Shown: in pieces, positions 47,329 to 56,443 of the stretch
Position numbering within the stretch: the stretch's first letter is position 1
How the letters are laid out: each line of letters opens with the position of its first letter
Assembly: GCA_965248355.1 (NCBI GenBank)
Contig: OZ252098.1
Location: 2,752,001-2,816,000, forward strand
Origin: Candidatus Latescibacterota bacterium
GTDB lineage: Bacteria > Latescibacterota > UBA2968 > UBA8231
DNA: 64,000 nt
Reading direction: 5' to 3'
The notes under the pieces: generated by a model
Seen by the model: only the letters and a program-made list of their open reading frames with translations
Told to the model about the DNA's origin: nothing
The model's database searches: none
Program-made: the position numbers and the translations under genes

Positions 47329-50300
47329 TTCGCCGGCCGAACCACCAGCGCGCTGATCCCCCACTCGTTCTCGCCGCCCGCGCTCTCGAGCTTGAGTTCC
47401 AGGTGACCGTCGGGCTCGATGCGCACGGGCCAGGTCCGCACGACCGGCTTGTCGTACGAGCCGCCGTCGAAGTCGGTGAGGACGCGCCGGCCTTGCAGCG
47501 TCACGCCCATCCTCACCGGGCCCTCGCGAGTGCCGGCGCCGCGGACGGCGAAGGTCAGCTCGGCTTCGTAGTCGCCCACGGGGAGGTCGGCACGGAAGGT
47601 ACCTGCCGGAGACTTGCTGCGGATGCAGGTGTGAAGGCGGGCGTCCCGCAGGCTCCCGATCTCGTCCGGCGGCAGCGGCACGGCGGTCGGGCCCGGCTCG
47701 AGCCAGCCATAGGCGATCTCCGGGCGCGCCTCCGGCGTCCGCTGCTGTGAAGGGAATACGCGCATCTGACTCAGGCGCCAGGCCCTTCCGCTCAGCCGCC
47801 TGGGATGCCACCAGTTGCCGACGGTGCGGTCGGCGGCCAGCGTGAGATCCAGCTTGCCGCCCGTCACGGTCACGGGGAAGCGGATGCGCTCGGGCCGGCT
47901 GGTGACGCCGGGGATCGCGCCGCTGCTGGCGACGTAGCCGCGAGCGACCATGCGTCCGTTGGCCCGGACGTTGGCCGGCCCACTCCAGCCGACGCCGGCC
48001 AGCTCCAGCTCCACCTCGTAGCGGCCATCGTCCAGCGCCGTCCGCAACGTCGCCGCGCCGTCGGAGACGACTCCGCCGCTCTCCGCAAGCTCGCCCGTGA
48101 CGTTCAGCCAGCCGGAAGCCGACCCTTCCCGCCAGGGGTTCTTCGAGGCGCCCGCCCCGGCGAAGGACAGGTCGAGCACCGGCTCTTCGGCAGCCGCGCC
48201 GGCGACCTCGGCCGTGAGCGCCAGGATCATGAAGCCGATGCCCTCCCCGGCGTCCTCGATGACCAACTCCTCGAGCGGCTTCGCCTCGCACTCGATCGGG
48301 TAGTTGTTCAGGATCGGCGCGCCTCCGTCCCAGCTGCCCTGCACCTTCCAGTTGCGGGCGAATAGTGCGCGCCGGGCGAAACCCCACTGGAAGACGTTCT
48401 CGTAGTCCTCCAGGTTGGTCAGGTCGAGGCGCCGGGTCGTACCGTCGGCGTAGTTGAGGTGGTAGCGCGCGCCGGTCTCCTTCCAGCTGGAGAGGGCCCG
48501 GACCACGTGGCCGAGCACATAGAGCTTGCGGACGGTCCTGCCGATGGGAATGGCGACTCCCTCGCCCTTCCCGACGACCAGCATGGTGCGCCCGTCTGGT
48601 ACCGACGCCGGGTCGGGCAAGGTGAAGGGGACGCTGTTGATCCGCCAGGTCGTGCCGAAGGGCAGGCCGATGAGGTTCGTGCCGTCGTGCTCCGCGGCGC
48701 GCGGGATGGGGGCCCGATAGGGGTAGGCGGTGGCCGTGCGTACGGGCAGGTAGCCGGGCTCGCACTCACCCGCGTTGACGCTGACCTGCCTCTCGCCGAA
48801 GTCGAAGCCGATTTCGCCGGGCCGGAGAGGATGCCGGCGCCAGTCGGCGTATTGGCCGAAGGGATCAGCCAGCGGATCGGAGTTGGCCACGGCGGCGAGG
48901 GAGACGGACTCGTAGTGCGCGTCGGCCGGGGCGGGCGCGTCGGGCCCGCGCAGGTGGTACTGCCCCATGCCCCGCCGGTCGAGGGCGAAGTCGACCAGCT
49001 CCATGCGGCGCTCGTCCAGGCCCGCGTCTGCCAGCGCGGCCATCACGTAGGGATAGTACCGGTAGGTGTAGATCAACGCCCGCACGTCATCCATGGGTGA
49101 AGCCTTCATCAGGTCGGAAAGCTCTTCGAAGGAGAGGCGGCTGAGGTCGTTTGGGATCTCGTTCTGCCGGAAGAACGCCGCCTGCCCCGCGCGCCCGTAC
49201 GGGTCGCCGACGACCAGGAGCCGCCGCAGCCAGTCCAGCACCTCCTGGTCGCCGGCAGCCAGGTAGGCCTTCGCCAGGAGCGAGCGGCCGTAGCGATTGC
49301 CCGGGTTGACCTCGATCATCCGTCGCGCCGCCGTGGTGAGATGGTCGAGCCACCGGGAGTCGCCGGTGGCCCGGTACAGGAAGTCCACGCCCACCTCGAC
49401 GCCATTGGTGCGGAAGTGCGGGTCGTCGATGGCGCCGTGCAGACCCATGGCGAGTCCGTAGACGTCGTCCCGCATCTCGGGGCGCTCGATGTAGCGCATG
49501 TACCTGTCGTCGCCGGTAGCCTCCCAGGCCAGGACGAGACAGGGCAGGCGCGTCTCCCACTCGGCGCCGCCGCCCACCATGTACCAGTCGGCGTACTTGA
49601 CCAGCATCTCCTTCGCCCACAGGCTGCCCGTGAGGTAGTACAGCTCACCCGCTTCGACCGCGGCGGTGCCATAGCCCGTGTACGACGAGCCCCAATGCTG
49701 CTGGTCGTGCCGCCGGCCGCCGCCGATGTGGGTCGGGTCCTCGGCGCCGTGAATCGTGTCCACGTCCATGACGTGCTGCACCATCCGCTCCCAGTACTGG
49801 TAGACCCGGTCGTCGGCCGAGCGCAGGAAGAAGAGCATGAAGTCGTGGGCCACGTTACAGTCGTTGTTGAACCAGCCATCGTAACCCCGCGCGACCCAGC
49901 TCGTCCGGGGCACTTCGGCGACCTGGTTGTGGGGGGCCCCCTCGTACGTGTGGAAGAAGGTATCGCCCCAGTCGACGAGGCCGTCCCAGTGGAACGTCCG
50001 CGGCAGGCGGAGGGCCCACTCGATTCCCAGGCGGATCATCGCCTCCGTCTGCGGGAAGCGTTCGGTGTCCACCGGGTGGAAGCGGTTCCAGACATCGCTC
50101 GAGGCGTAGTGCCCGGGGGTGCAGAAAGCACGCAAGGGCTCGTCCGCGCGCCGGGACAATGCAAACGCCGCTGCGTCGGCCGGCCTGGTGGCGCTGAAGT
50201 CGATCAGCAGTTGATGGGTCTTCCCGAAACCGCGGCCGGCGGGCCCGTACTCGCCGGTGTCGTAGTGGTCCTCCACCCGTTGTCCCTGGTAGCGGCGGCG

Positions 50301-51512
50301 CAGGTCCAGGACCTTCCCGCCGCGCTCGGGCCACAGGAAGTACCGCAAGGCGCGTTGGCCCGGCTCGACCCGGATCTCCTTGGGGTGCAGCCGCGGGAAG
50401 TCGCGCAAGGCGATGGTCGTCGTCGCCCCGCCGCCTTCGAGGCGGACCCAGCCGGCGGCCTCCACGCCTTCCTCCAGCACCTGGTCGCCGCCGTCAGCGC
50501 CTTTGCCAACCACCTGGTAGCGCACCCGCCGGTCGACGCTCAGCGGCACCAGGTGGTAGAACCGGTCCGGCATCACCTCGACCAGCGCCGTCTCGGCGAG
50601 GGCCGCGTCCGGCGCCGCGGTCTCGCCTTCCCCGAGTCCGAAGGTCGCCCTCAGCGGCTCGTCGCCGGCGAACCGCAGTCCGAGTGACAGCGATCTGAGA
50701 AACGCCTCTTCCACGTCGGCGTCGAAGGCGAAGAAGTGCTCTATGCCGATGGTCGTGGAGCCCGCCCACGCCGTGTACCGCGTCCAGAACGGACCGAGGC
50801 TCCCGCCCGCGGCGTCGCGGTACTCGCCCCGAACCAGCACCACGGCGCGAAGGGGGTTGGCGAACTCGACCCGCGCCTCGGTGACAACGGCGTCGTACCG
50901 CTGGCGGGGCCCGCCCGCCGCGTCGAGGAGCCAGTTCTCCTCCTGCGGAGGGCCGGGCGCCGTGGTCTCTACCTCGAGACGGCTGTCCCCTTCGCCGGGG
51001 ATCACAACCGCCTCTGCCGGTGAGAACGCGCCGTCACCATTGCCGTCGAGCCACACACCGTCCAGGAAGGTGTAGCGCTGGCGGCTCACCCGGAACCGGA
51101 GCGGCCCGGTGGTGACGTCCATGAACCGCTCGTCCTCGCTGACGGAGACCTGCGGCCCGGTGATCTTCGCCGTCGCCGGTGCCCCACATTCCAGCGTGAA
51201 GCGGGCCGTCTGGCGGGCGGCGACGGCGGCGCGGAAGTCGAGCAACAGCCACTTCACGGACTCGTCCGGCCAGCGCGCCAGGACGGTGCCGGCGAAGGGC
51301 ACTTCATGGCCGTCCGCGTCCAGCAGGCGGCTCTGCGACTCGTCGGTCAGCGTGCCCCTGCCCAAGGGCACGCCCGAGGTGACGACCTCATCGCGGTCGG
51401 CGCCGGCCAGCTCGGGCACGCGAAGCGAAACGGGGGTGTCAGCCGCCGACACGCCGCACAACAGAGACCAGGCGATCAGCGCCAGGAAGACCTGGCATGG
51501 GACATTCGACAT
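47325..51512 (-). CDS. Large secreted protein related to exo-rhamnogalacturonan lyase (PcRGLX/YetA-like) with C-terminal beta-sandwich domains
   Basis: VTSGVPL..G, LARWPDESVKWLLLDF, WDGLVDWGD, HVMDVDTIH, RRHDQQHWG. Confidence 0.65.
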   Translation of the reverse strand: MSNVPCQVFLALIAWSLLCGVSAADTPVSLRVPELAGADRDEVVTSGVPLGRGTLTDESQSRLLDADGHEVPFAGTVLARWPDESVKWLLLDFRAAVAARQTARFTLECGAPATAKITGPQVSVSEDERFMDVTTGPLRFRVSRQRYTFLDGVWLDGNGDGAFSPAEAVVIPGEGDSRLEVETTAPGPPQEENWLLDAAGGPRQRYDAVVTEARVEFANPLRAVVLVRGEYRDAAGGSLGPFWTRYTAWAGSTTIGIEHFFAFDADVEEAFLRSLSLGLRFAGDEPLRATFGLGEGETAAPDAALAETALVEVMPDRFYHLVPLSVDRRVRYQVVGKGADGGDQVLEEGVEAAGWVRLEGGGATTTIALRDFPRLHPKEIRVEPGQRALRYFLWPERGGKVLDLRRRYQGQRVEDHYDTGEYGPAGRGFGKTHQLLIDFSATRPADAAAFALSRRADEPLRAFCTPGHYASSDVWNRFHPVDTERFPQTEAMIRLGIEWALRLPRTFHWDGLVDWGDTFFHTYEGAPHNQVAEVPRTSWVARGYDGWFNNDCNVAHDFMLFFLRSADDRVYQYWERMVQHVMDVDTIHGAEDPTHIGGGRRHDQQHWGSSYTGYGTAAVEAGELYYLTGSLWAKEMLVKYADWYMVGGGAEWETRLPCLVLAWEATGDDRYMRYIERPEMRDDVYGLAMGLHGAIDDPHFRTNGVEVGVDFLYRATGDSRWLDHLTTAARRMIEVNPGNRYGRSLLAKAYLAAGDQEVLDWLRRLLVVGDPYGRAGQAAFFRQNEIPNDLSRLSFEELSDLMKASPMDDVRALIYTYRYYPYVMAALADAGLDERRMELVDFALDRRGMGQYHLRGPDAPAPADAHYESVSLAAVANSDPLADPFGQYADWRRHPLRPGEIGFDFGERQVSVNAGECEPGYLPVRTATAYPYRAPIPRAAEHDGTNLIGLPFGTTWRINSVPFTLPDPASVPDGRTMLVVGKGEGVAIPIGRTVRKLYVLGHVVRALSSWKETGARYHLNYADGTTRRLDLTNLEDYENVFQWGFARRALFARNWKVQGSWDGGAPILNNYPIECEAKPLEELVIEDAGEGIGFMILALTAEVAGAAAEEPVLDLSFAGAGASKNPWREGSASGWLNVTGELAESGGVVSDGAATLRTALDDGRYEVELELAGVGWSGPANVRANGRMVARGYVASSGAIPGVTSRPERIRFPVTVTGGKLDLTLAADRTVGNWWHPRRLSGRAWRLSQMRVFPSQQRTPEARPEIAYGWLEPGPTAVPLPPDEIGSLRDARLHTCIRSKSPAGTFRADLPVGDYEAELTFAVRGAGTREGPVRMGVTLQGRRVLTDFDGGSYDKPVVRTWPVRIEPDGHLELKLESAGGENEWGISALVVRPAK

Positions 51513-51515
51513 CCG

Positions 51516-52634
51516 TCAGAATGACGCGCCCGCGCTCTCGGCCGACAGGTCGATCTCGGCGACGAAGATGTCGGCAGGCCCGGACTTGAAGTGCGCCAGC
51601 TCGTAGCCGGGCGGGGGCGCTTCCCGCCGGAGAGTGCCCCACCGCTCGATGTGGGGAAGGTGCCTCTTCTCTCCCTCGATGGCGCCGCTCAGATAGGCGT
51701 GCTGCGAGTAGTAGCTGATGATCAGTCGGTCGAGCTCGAGCGAGAGGAGACCCGGATAGGCCGCGTCGCCGTCACTCGGGAGGGCGAAGACCGGGGTCAC
51801 CCCATTTCGATCAAGCAGGAAGATCCCCGTGTTGCCCGGGGGGGAGTGCTGCGGGATCCACGGCGCGGTGGGGTCGCGGCGCCCGGCCACGTACACCTTC
51901 CCCCCGGACTCGCACAGCGCCGGACAGTGGATCAGCGTCTCGAGGTCCAGACAGGACCACTCCTTGTACGGGGGGCTGGAAGTGTAGAGGAGGGAATGCT
52001 GGTGGGGCTCCCGCCTCGTCCGGGAGACGCACCACAGCTCCCCGTCGGGCCGGAAGATGACGTCCGCTTCGTTGAAGCGCGGCGTCGTGCGGTGGTCCAG
52101 CTCGCGGGCTTCCCGCAGTTCCTGGGGGCTTGCACCCTCAGGGTCGAGGGGAATCCTGGAGACGAAGGTCCAGTTGCGGCCGTCCTGGCTGGAGAGGAGC
52201 TCGCCCCCCTTCTCGGCGCAGTAGAAGACCCCTTCGTGCAACCGCACGCGCCACAGCCAGTAGTTCCTGTCGTATGCTCTCGTCGGCGCCGACCACCTGT
52301 AGCCGTCGTCCGAGACGAAGACGTATGGGTCGGCCACCTGCCGCTTTTTTCCGGCGACAGGTTCATACCTGCTGTCGGCGCAGAACACGAAGAGCTCATC
52401 GTCGGTGGCTGCCAGCTTCACGTCCCTGGCGTCGTTCGGTGTCCTCAGAACGGCGACCTCGTCCCAGCGCCGCAGGTCCGCCGATCGCAGCAGGACGATG
52501 ACGCCGTCCGGCGCCACGTGGGCCGAAGTTCGATCGTGGACCAGCCAGAACGTGTCCCTCCAGAAGCAGAGGTCGGAACACATGTTGTGCCAGCCGTCCC
52601 GGACGACGGTGCGGTGAGACAGAACCTGAGCCAT
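51516..52634 (-). CDS. Sialidase-like (BNR/Asp-box) beta-propeller protein
   Basis: HNMCSDL, SADLRRW, DARDVKL, SDDGYRWS, SQDGRNW, LPSDGDAAYPG, SYYSQH. Confidence 0.65.
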   Translation of the reverse strand: MAQVLSHRTVVRDGWHNMCSDLCFWRDTFWLVHDRTSAHVAPDGVIVLLRSADLRRWDEVAVLRTPNDARDVKLAATDDELFVFCADSRYEPVAGKKRQVADPYVFVSDDGYRWSAPTRAYDRNYWLWRVRLHEGVFYCAEKGGELLSSQDGRNWTFVSRIPLDPEGASPQELREARELDHRTTPRFNEADVIFRPDGELWCVSRTRREPHQHSLLYTSSPPYKEWSCLDLETLIHCPALCESGGKVYVAGRRDPTAPWIPQHSPPGNTGIFLLDRNGVTPVFALPSDGDAAYPGLLSLELDRLIISYYSQHAYLSGAIEGEKRHLPHIERWGTLRREAPPPGYELAHFKSGPADIFVAEIDLSAESAGASF

Positions 52635-52758
52635 GAGATCAAACCCTCTTTCTGCGACAGGTTACGATCATCCTGAGATTGATACTCGAGGCGGCGGCTG
52701 GCGGTCGGCGGCGATGATCCCGGGAGGAGCGCGTGGTCCCGGTGCTCGTGTGAGGACG

Positions 52759-52795
52759 AAAAAAGGGGGGCGAGAATCGGATGATCTCGCCCCCC
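52759..52795 (-). terminator. Rho-independent terminator
   Basis: 11-bp stem GGGGGGCGAGA/TCTCGCCCCCC followed by T6 on the minus strand, 35 bp after the stop at 52831. Confidence 0.85.
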
Positions 52796-52830
52796 AGGGT
52801 ATCAGCCGTCTCTACGGCAGCGCTGTCACT

Positions 52831-53739
52831 TCAGTTGGTGAAGGTATCCTTGATCCGGCCCCAACTGTCTGCCTCGACGGCCGTTCCGTCAGCCACCCAG
52901 ATGCTCGCGTCGTAGCCGAGCAGGGCGTAGTCGACGAAGGCATTGGCCTTGAAGTAGAGGTTGACGTCGCCACTGTTGATCCAGTAGCCGTTGTAGCCGT
53001 TGTCAGCGGGGACATCGTCGTCTACGCAGGCGAAGCCGACGCCGATGACCTCGCCCTCAGTCAAGTCGTGCACGACCACGTCGGCGTCGTCGATGCCCGA
53101 GGAGTTGGTCGGCAGGTCGTCGAAGGGCGTCACCCACATCTCCAAAAAGAGGTTGACGGCGCCGCCGTCGGAGTCACCCTCGATGTTGTAGCGCACGCCG
53201 GAGTAGGGCTCTTCCCCGGCCCATGGCGCGGCGCCCCACAGAAACAACTCGCCGTCGATGTGCAACTGCCAGCGGTAGTTCTGTGTCAGGGCGCCCTCCC
53301 ATCGCTCCGCATCGAGACCAGCGGACGCAACATCGTTGAAGGTCTCGTCGCCGCTGTGATCGAAGTCGATGGCAATCTCGGTGTTCTCGTAGTTGCCGTC
53401 GGTATAGCCCCAGAACAGGTCGTCGAAGCGCTCTTCCATGAAGTAGAACAGGTTGGTGACCGGGCTCCAACCCAGGATGACGCGCGTGGTGAGGTTGGCG
53501 GGGTCAGGATCACCCAGACCGTGGATCGCCTCGGTCAGGTCGTTGTGCGTCGTCCAGAAGATGGAAGGCACGTTGTCCCACTCCCCCAGGTCGCCGTCCA
53601 TCTCAACGGGACGGACGCCACCGGCGTCGATGGGAACCTGCACGGCGGCGAAGTTGTCGTCCGGCCGTTGGTGGGCGGAAGTGGCGACGGCCGCAGCGAG
53701 GACGAGCGCCAAAGCGGATGCGAAGACTCCCTTCATCAT
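52831..53739 (-). CDS. Secreted acidic CBM9-like protein with C-terminal SWGRIK motif
   Basis: Signal peptide; MDGDLGEW; LEMWVTPFD (shared with the 44806 protein); ends TAVEADSWGRIKDTFTN. Confidence 0.75.
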   Translation of the reverse strand: MMKGVFASALALVLAAAVATSAHQRPDDNFAAVQVPIDAGGVRPVEMDGDLGEWDNVPSIFWTTHNDLTEAIHGLGDPDPANLTTRVILGWSPVTNLFYFMEERFDDLFWGYTDGNYENTEIAIDFDHSGDETFNDVASAGLDAERWEGALTQNYRWQLHIDGELFLWGAAPWAGEEPYSGVRYNIEGDSDGGAVNLFLEMWVTPFDDLPTNSSGIDDADVVVHDLTEGEVIGVGFACVDDDVPADNGYNGYWINSGDVNLYFKANAFVDYALLGYDASIWVADGTAVEADSWGRIKDTFTN

Positions 53740-53844
53740 TCTCTCTCCTAATATGACTTGACCCGGGGTGAGACTCTCCCTCCCCGGGGAGATGAAGGTG
53801 CGAACGCTCGAACGCTCGCGCCAACAAAGCGGAAAATCAGGAGA

Positions 53845-53873
53845 AATCTACTTCAAGGCCGGCCTCAAGGCAA
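53845..53873 (-). promoter_or_regulatory. Sigma70-like promoter TTGCCT-N17-TAGATT
   Basis: Canonical 17-bp spacing, about 105 bp upstream of the 53739 start. Confidence 0.5.
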
Positions 53874-54461
53874 GCACAAAAGCGACCACTCCCCAGGTGG
53901 TGGTCTCACCCGGGGCCGGACTCTCGTACGGGGTCACCTCCGGAGGTCGGCTGGGCGGCCCGTCGAGCCTGGAAAAGCCCGTAACTCGTTGAAAGGCCAT
54001 CAGTTGGATGCGCCTTACATAGCCCCCGGAGAGCCGGTTCGACCCTCGCGTTGGTCGACCGGCAGGGTAGCTGTTCTCGTTCAGGTCGACGACCTGGACG
54101 CCGGTGTCCCCAGCCGCCGTCGGCCGCGGACCTCGGCGGCGACAGTCGGTGAGCATTGCCACGGCCTGATCGGTCCTTGTAATTTTCGGCGGTAGAGCGG
54201 ACGAGACGTCACTGCGCGAGTCACGATCAGCAAGGATGGCTTCGATCTCCGGCAGGTACGAGATCAGGCAGGCCCAGTGGGTCGTCGTCGTTGGCACGGC
54301 GTCCTCGAGTCCCCCCGCTTCCTGCATCTCCTGGATCGTCCTGGAGGAGTCCCTCCTGCGCCTGAAGAGCGTCGCCGGCGAAGAGCTCAACCGCCTCCCC
54401 ACCAAGGCCGGGTGGCAGTACGGCCTGCCGGGCGCGTGATGCGCCGCCCGCCAGGCCCCCG

Positions 54462-56426
54462 ATGACGGCACCTCCGCAGGGGGACCGACACTTGGCGCGG
54501 GACCTGCAGGGGATCCCGGTGCGGGGCATCCTGATCGGGGCCGTGCTGGCCCTGGTGCTCAACGTCTGCGATACCTACGCGACGAATTCGATCCAGGGGT
54601 CGTACCTGACCCTCAACTTCAGCACCCCCGCCGCCCTCTTCTTCTTCTTCTTCCTCGTCCTGGCCAGCGGCGCCGTCGGCCTCCTCCACCGGTGGCTGGA
54701 GCTGACCCGGGCCGAGCTGATCACGATCTACGTCATGCTGCTGGTGGCCTGCTGCATCCCCGGCATGGGCTTCACCCAGTTCATCATCCCCTGCCTCCTC
54801 GGGTCGACCTACTACGCCACGCCCGAGAACAACTGGGACGAGCTCTACAACCAGTACATCCCGGAGTGGATGATCCCCCGCGGCGAGAACGTGGCCCGCT
54901 ACTTCTTCGAGGGGATGCCCGAGGGAGCCTCGATCCCATGGGGAGCCTGGGTCGTGCCTCTGGCCCTGTGGTTCGGCTTCTTCCTCGCCCTCGGCTTCGC
55001 CATGATCTGCGCCATGGTCGTCCTGCGCAGGCAGTGGGTCGACAACGAGAGGCTCAGCTACGCCCTGGTGCAGGTGCCGATGGAGATGATCCAGCGGGAG
55101 GAGGGCGGCGCCGTGGGCCGCTCGTTCTTCACCAACAAGGTCATGTGGCTGGGCTTCGCCATCTCCTTCCTGCTGCTGAGCGTCAACGGACTGCACTCGT
55201 ACTTTCCGGAGGTTCCGCGCTTCGAGCGCATCGTGGGCCTGCCCCTGTTCGGCAACACGTGGCTCAGCTTCTGGTTCAGCCCGCCGTGGACGGGGTTCTT
55301 CTACTTCGTCAGCCTCGACATCTCGGCCTCGATCTGGGTCTTCTACCTTCTCGTCAGGCTGCAGCGGGGCGTCTTCAACGTCCTCGGCGTACGCAGCACA
55401 CAGCGGATCGACTTCTACTCAGGAAACGACCCCTTCCTCGCCCACCAGGGTCTCGGGGCGATGATCGTCTTCGTCGTCATCGGTCTGTGGGTGGCGCGGC
55501 GGCACCTGCGCCAGGTGGTGGCGAAGGCCCTCCGCGGGGCCCGCGAGGTCGATGACAGCGGCGAGATCCTCACCTACCGGCAGGCCTTCTTCGGGCTCCT
55601 CGCCGGCCTCCTGATCGTCGCCGTCTGGCTGTCGGCGATCGGCCTTCCCTTCCCGGTGGCGGTGCTCTTCGTCTTCGGCGCCATGGTCCTGTTCCTGGCG
55701 CTGACGCGGGTCGTCGCCGAGGGCGGCATCCCGGCCATGCGGCCTCCCCTGATGACGTCGACCTTCGTGATCTCCACGGTCGGCACCTCCGCCATCGGCG
55801 CCCAGGGCCTGGTGGCGCTCGGCTTCTCCTACGGCTGGCACTCCGAGATCCGCTCCTTCGTCATGTCCTCGGTCGCCAACGGACTCAAGATGAGCGAGCT
55901 GATCCGCGGCCCGAAGCGCCGGCTGTTCTGGGCGATTATCGTCGCCATCCTGGTCAGCCTGGCGGGCTCCTCCTATGTCACCCTGGTCATGGCGTACGGG
56001 CACGGCGGCATCAACCTCAACCCCCTGTTCTTCTCCTGGCAGTCCACCCACTTCGGGCCCATGGACATGTCCCCGCGCATCTCCGCCGCACCCGAAGGCC
56101 CGCGGTGGGACGCCGTGCGGTTCATGCTCCTCGGGGGAGGCGTGATGTCGGCGCTCATGTGGGCGCGCCACCAGTTGGTGTGGTGGCCCCTGAGCCCGCT
56201 CGGGTTCACGATCGCCGCCAACTGGAAGACGGGCCACATCTTCTGCAGCGCCCTGCTGGCCTGGTGCCTGAAGTATCTGATCCTGCGCTACGGCGGCGTG
56301 CGTCTCTACCGCAGCCTGCGGCCCTTCTTCCTGGGCCTGATCCTGGGGGAGATCGTCGGCGCCGGGGTATTCCTGGTGATCGACTACCTCACTGGCACCA
56401 CGGGCAGCTTCCTGACCCAGATCTGA
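54462..56426 (+). CDS. Large polytopic membrane protein (DUF6785/DUF6784-like), copy 2
   Basis: Same length (654 aa) as 31424-33388, about 26 aa differences by manual count. Confidence 0.8.
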   Translation: MTAPPQGDRHLARDLQGIPVRGILIGAVLALVLNVCDTYATNSIQGSYLTLNFSTPAALFFFFFLVLASGAVGLLHRWLELTRAELITIYVMLLVACCIPGMGFTQFIIPCLLGSTYYATPENNWDELYNQYIPEWMIPRGENVARYFFEGMPEGASIPWGAWVVPLALWFGFFLALGFAMICAMVVLRRQWVDNERLSYALVQVPMEMIQREEGGAVGRSFFTNKVMWLGFAISFLLLSVNGLHSYFPEVPRFERIVGLPLFGNTWLSFWFSPPWTGFFYFVSLDISASIWVFYLLVRLQRGVFNVLGVRSTQRIDFYSGNDPFLAHQGLGAMIVFVVIGLWVARRHLRQVVAKALRGAREVDDSGEILTYRQAFFGLLAGLLIVAVWLSAIGLPFPVAVLFVFGAMVLFLALTRVVAEGGIPAMRPPLMTSTFVISTVGTSAIGAQGLVALGFSYGWHSEIRSFVMSSVANGLKMSELIRGPKRRLFWAIIVAILVSLAGSSYVTLVMAYGHGGINLNPLFFSWQSTHFGPMDMSPRISAAPEGPRWDAVRFMLLGGGVMSALMWARHQLVWWPLSPLGFTIAANWKTGHIFCSALLAWCLKYLILRYGGVRLYRSLRPFFLGLILGEIVGAGVFLVIDYLTGTTGSFLTQI

Positions 56427-56443
56427 CAGAAAGGGGATTCGAG

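Noticed and set aside
46000..48765. 921-aa minus-strand ORF
   Set aside because: Only 46000-47328 is protein-like; the rest is an off-frame shadow of the 47325-51512 gene.
53760..54440. Hairpins and short ORFs between the CBM9-like gene and membrane-protein copy 2 (possible riboswitch or gene remnant)
   Set aside because: No recognisable riboswitch consensus or protein motif; the GC-rich pairings are unremarkable.
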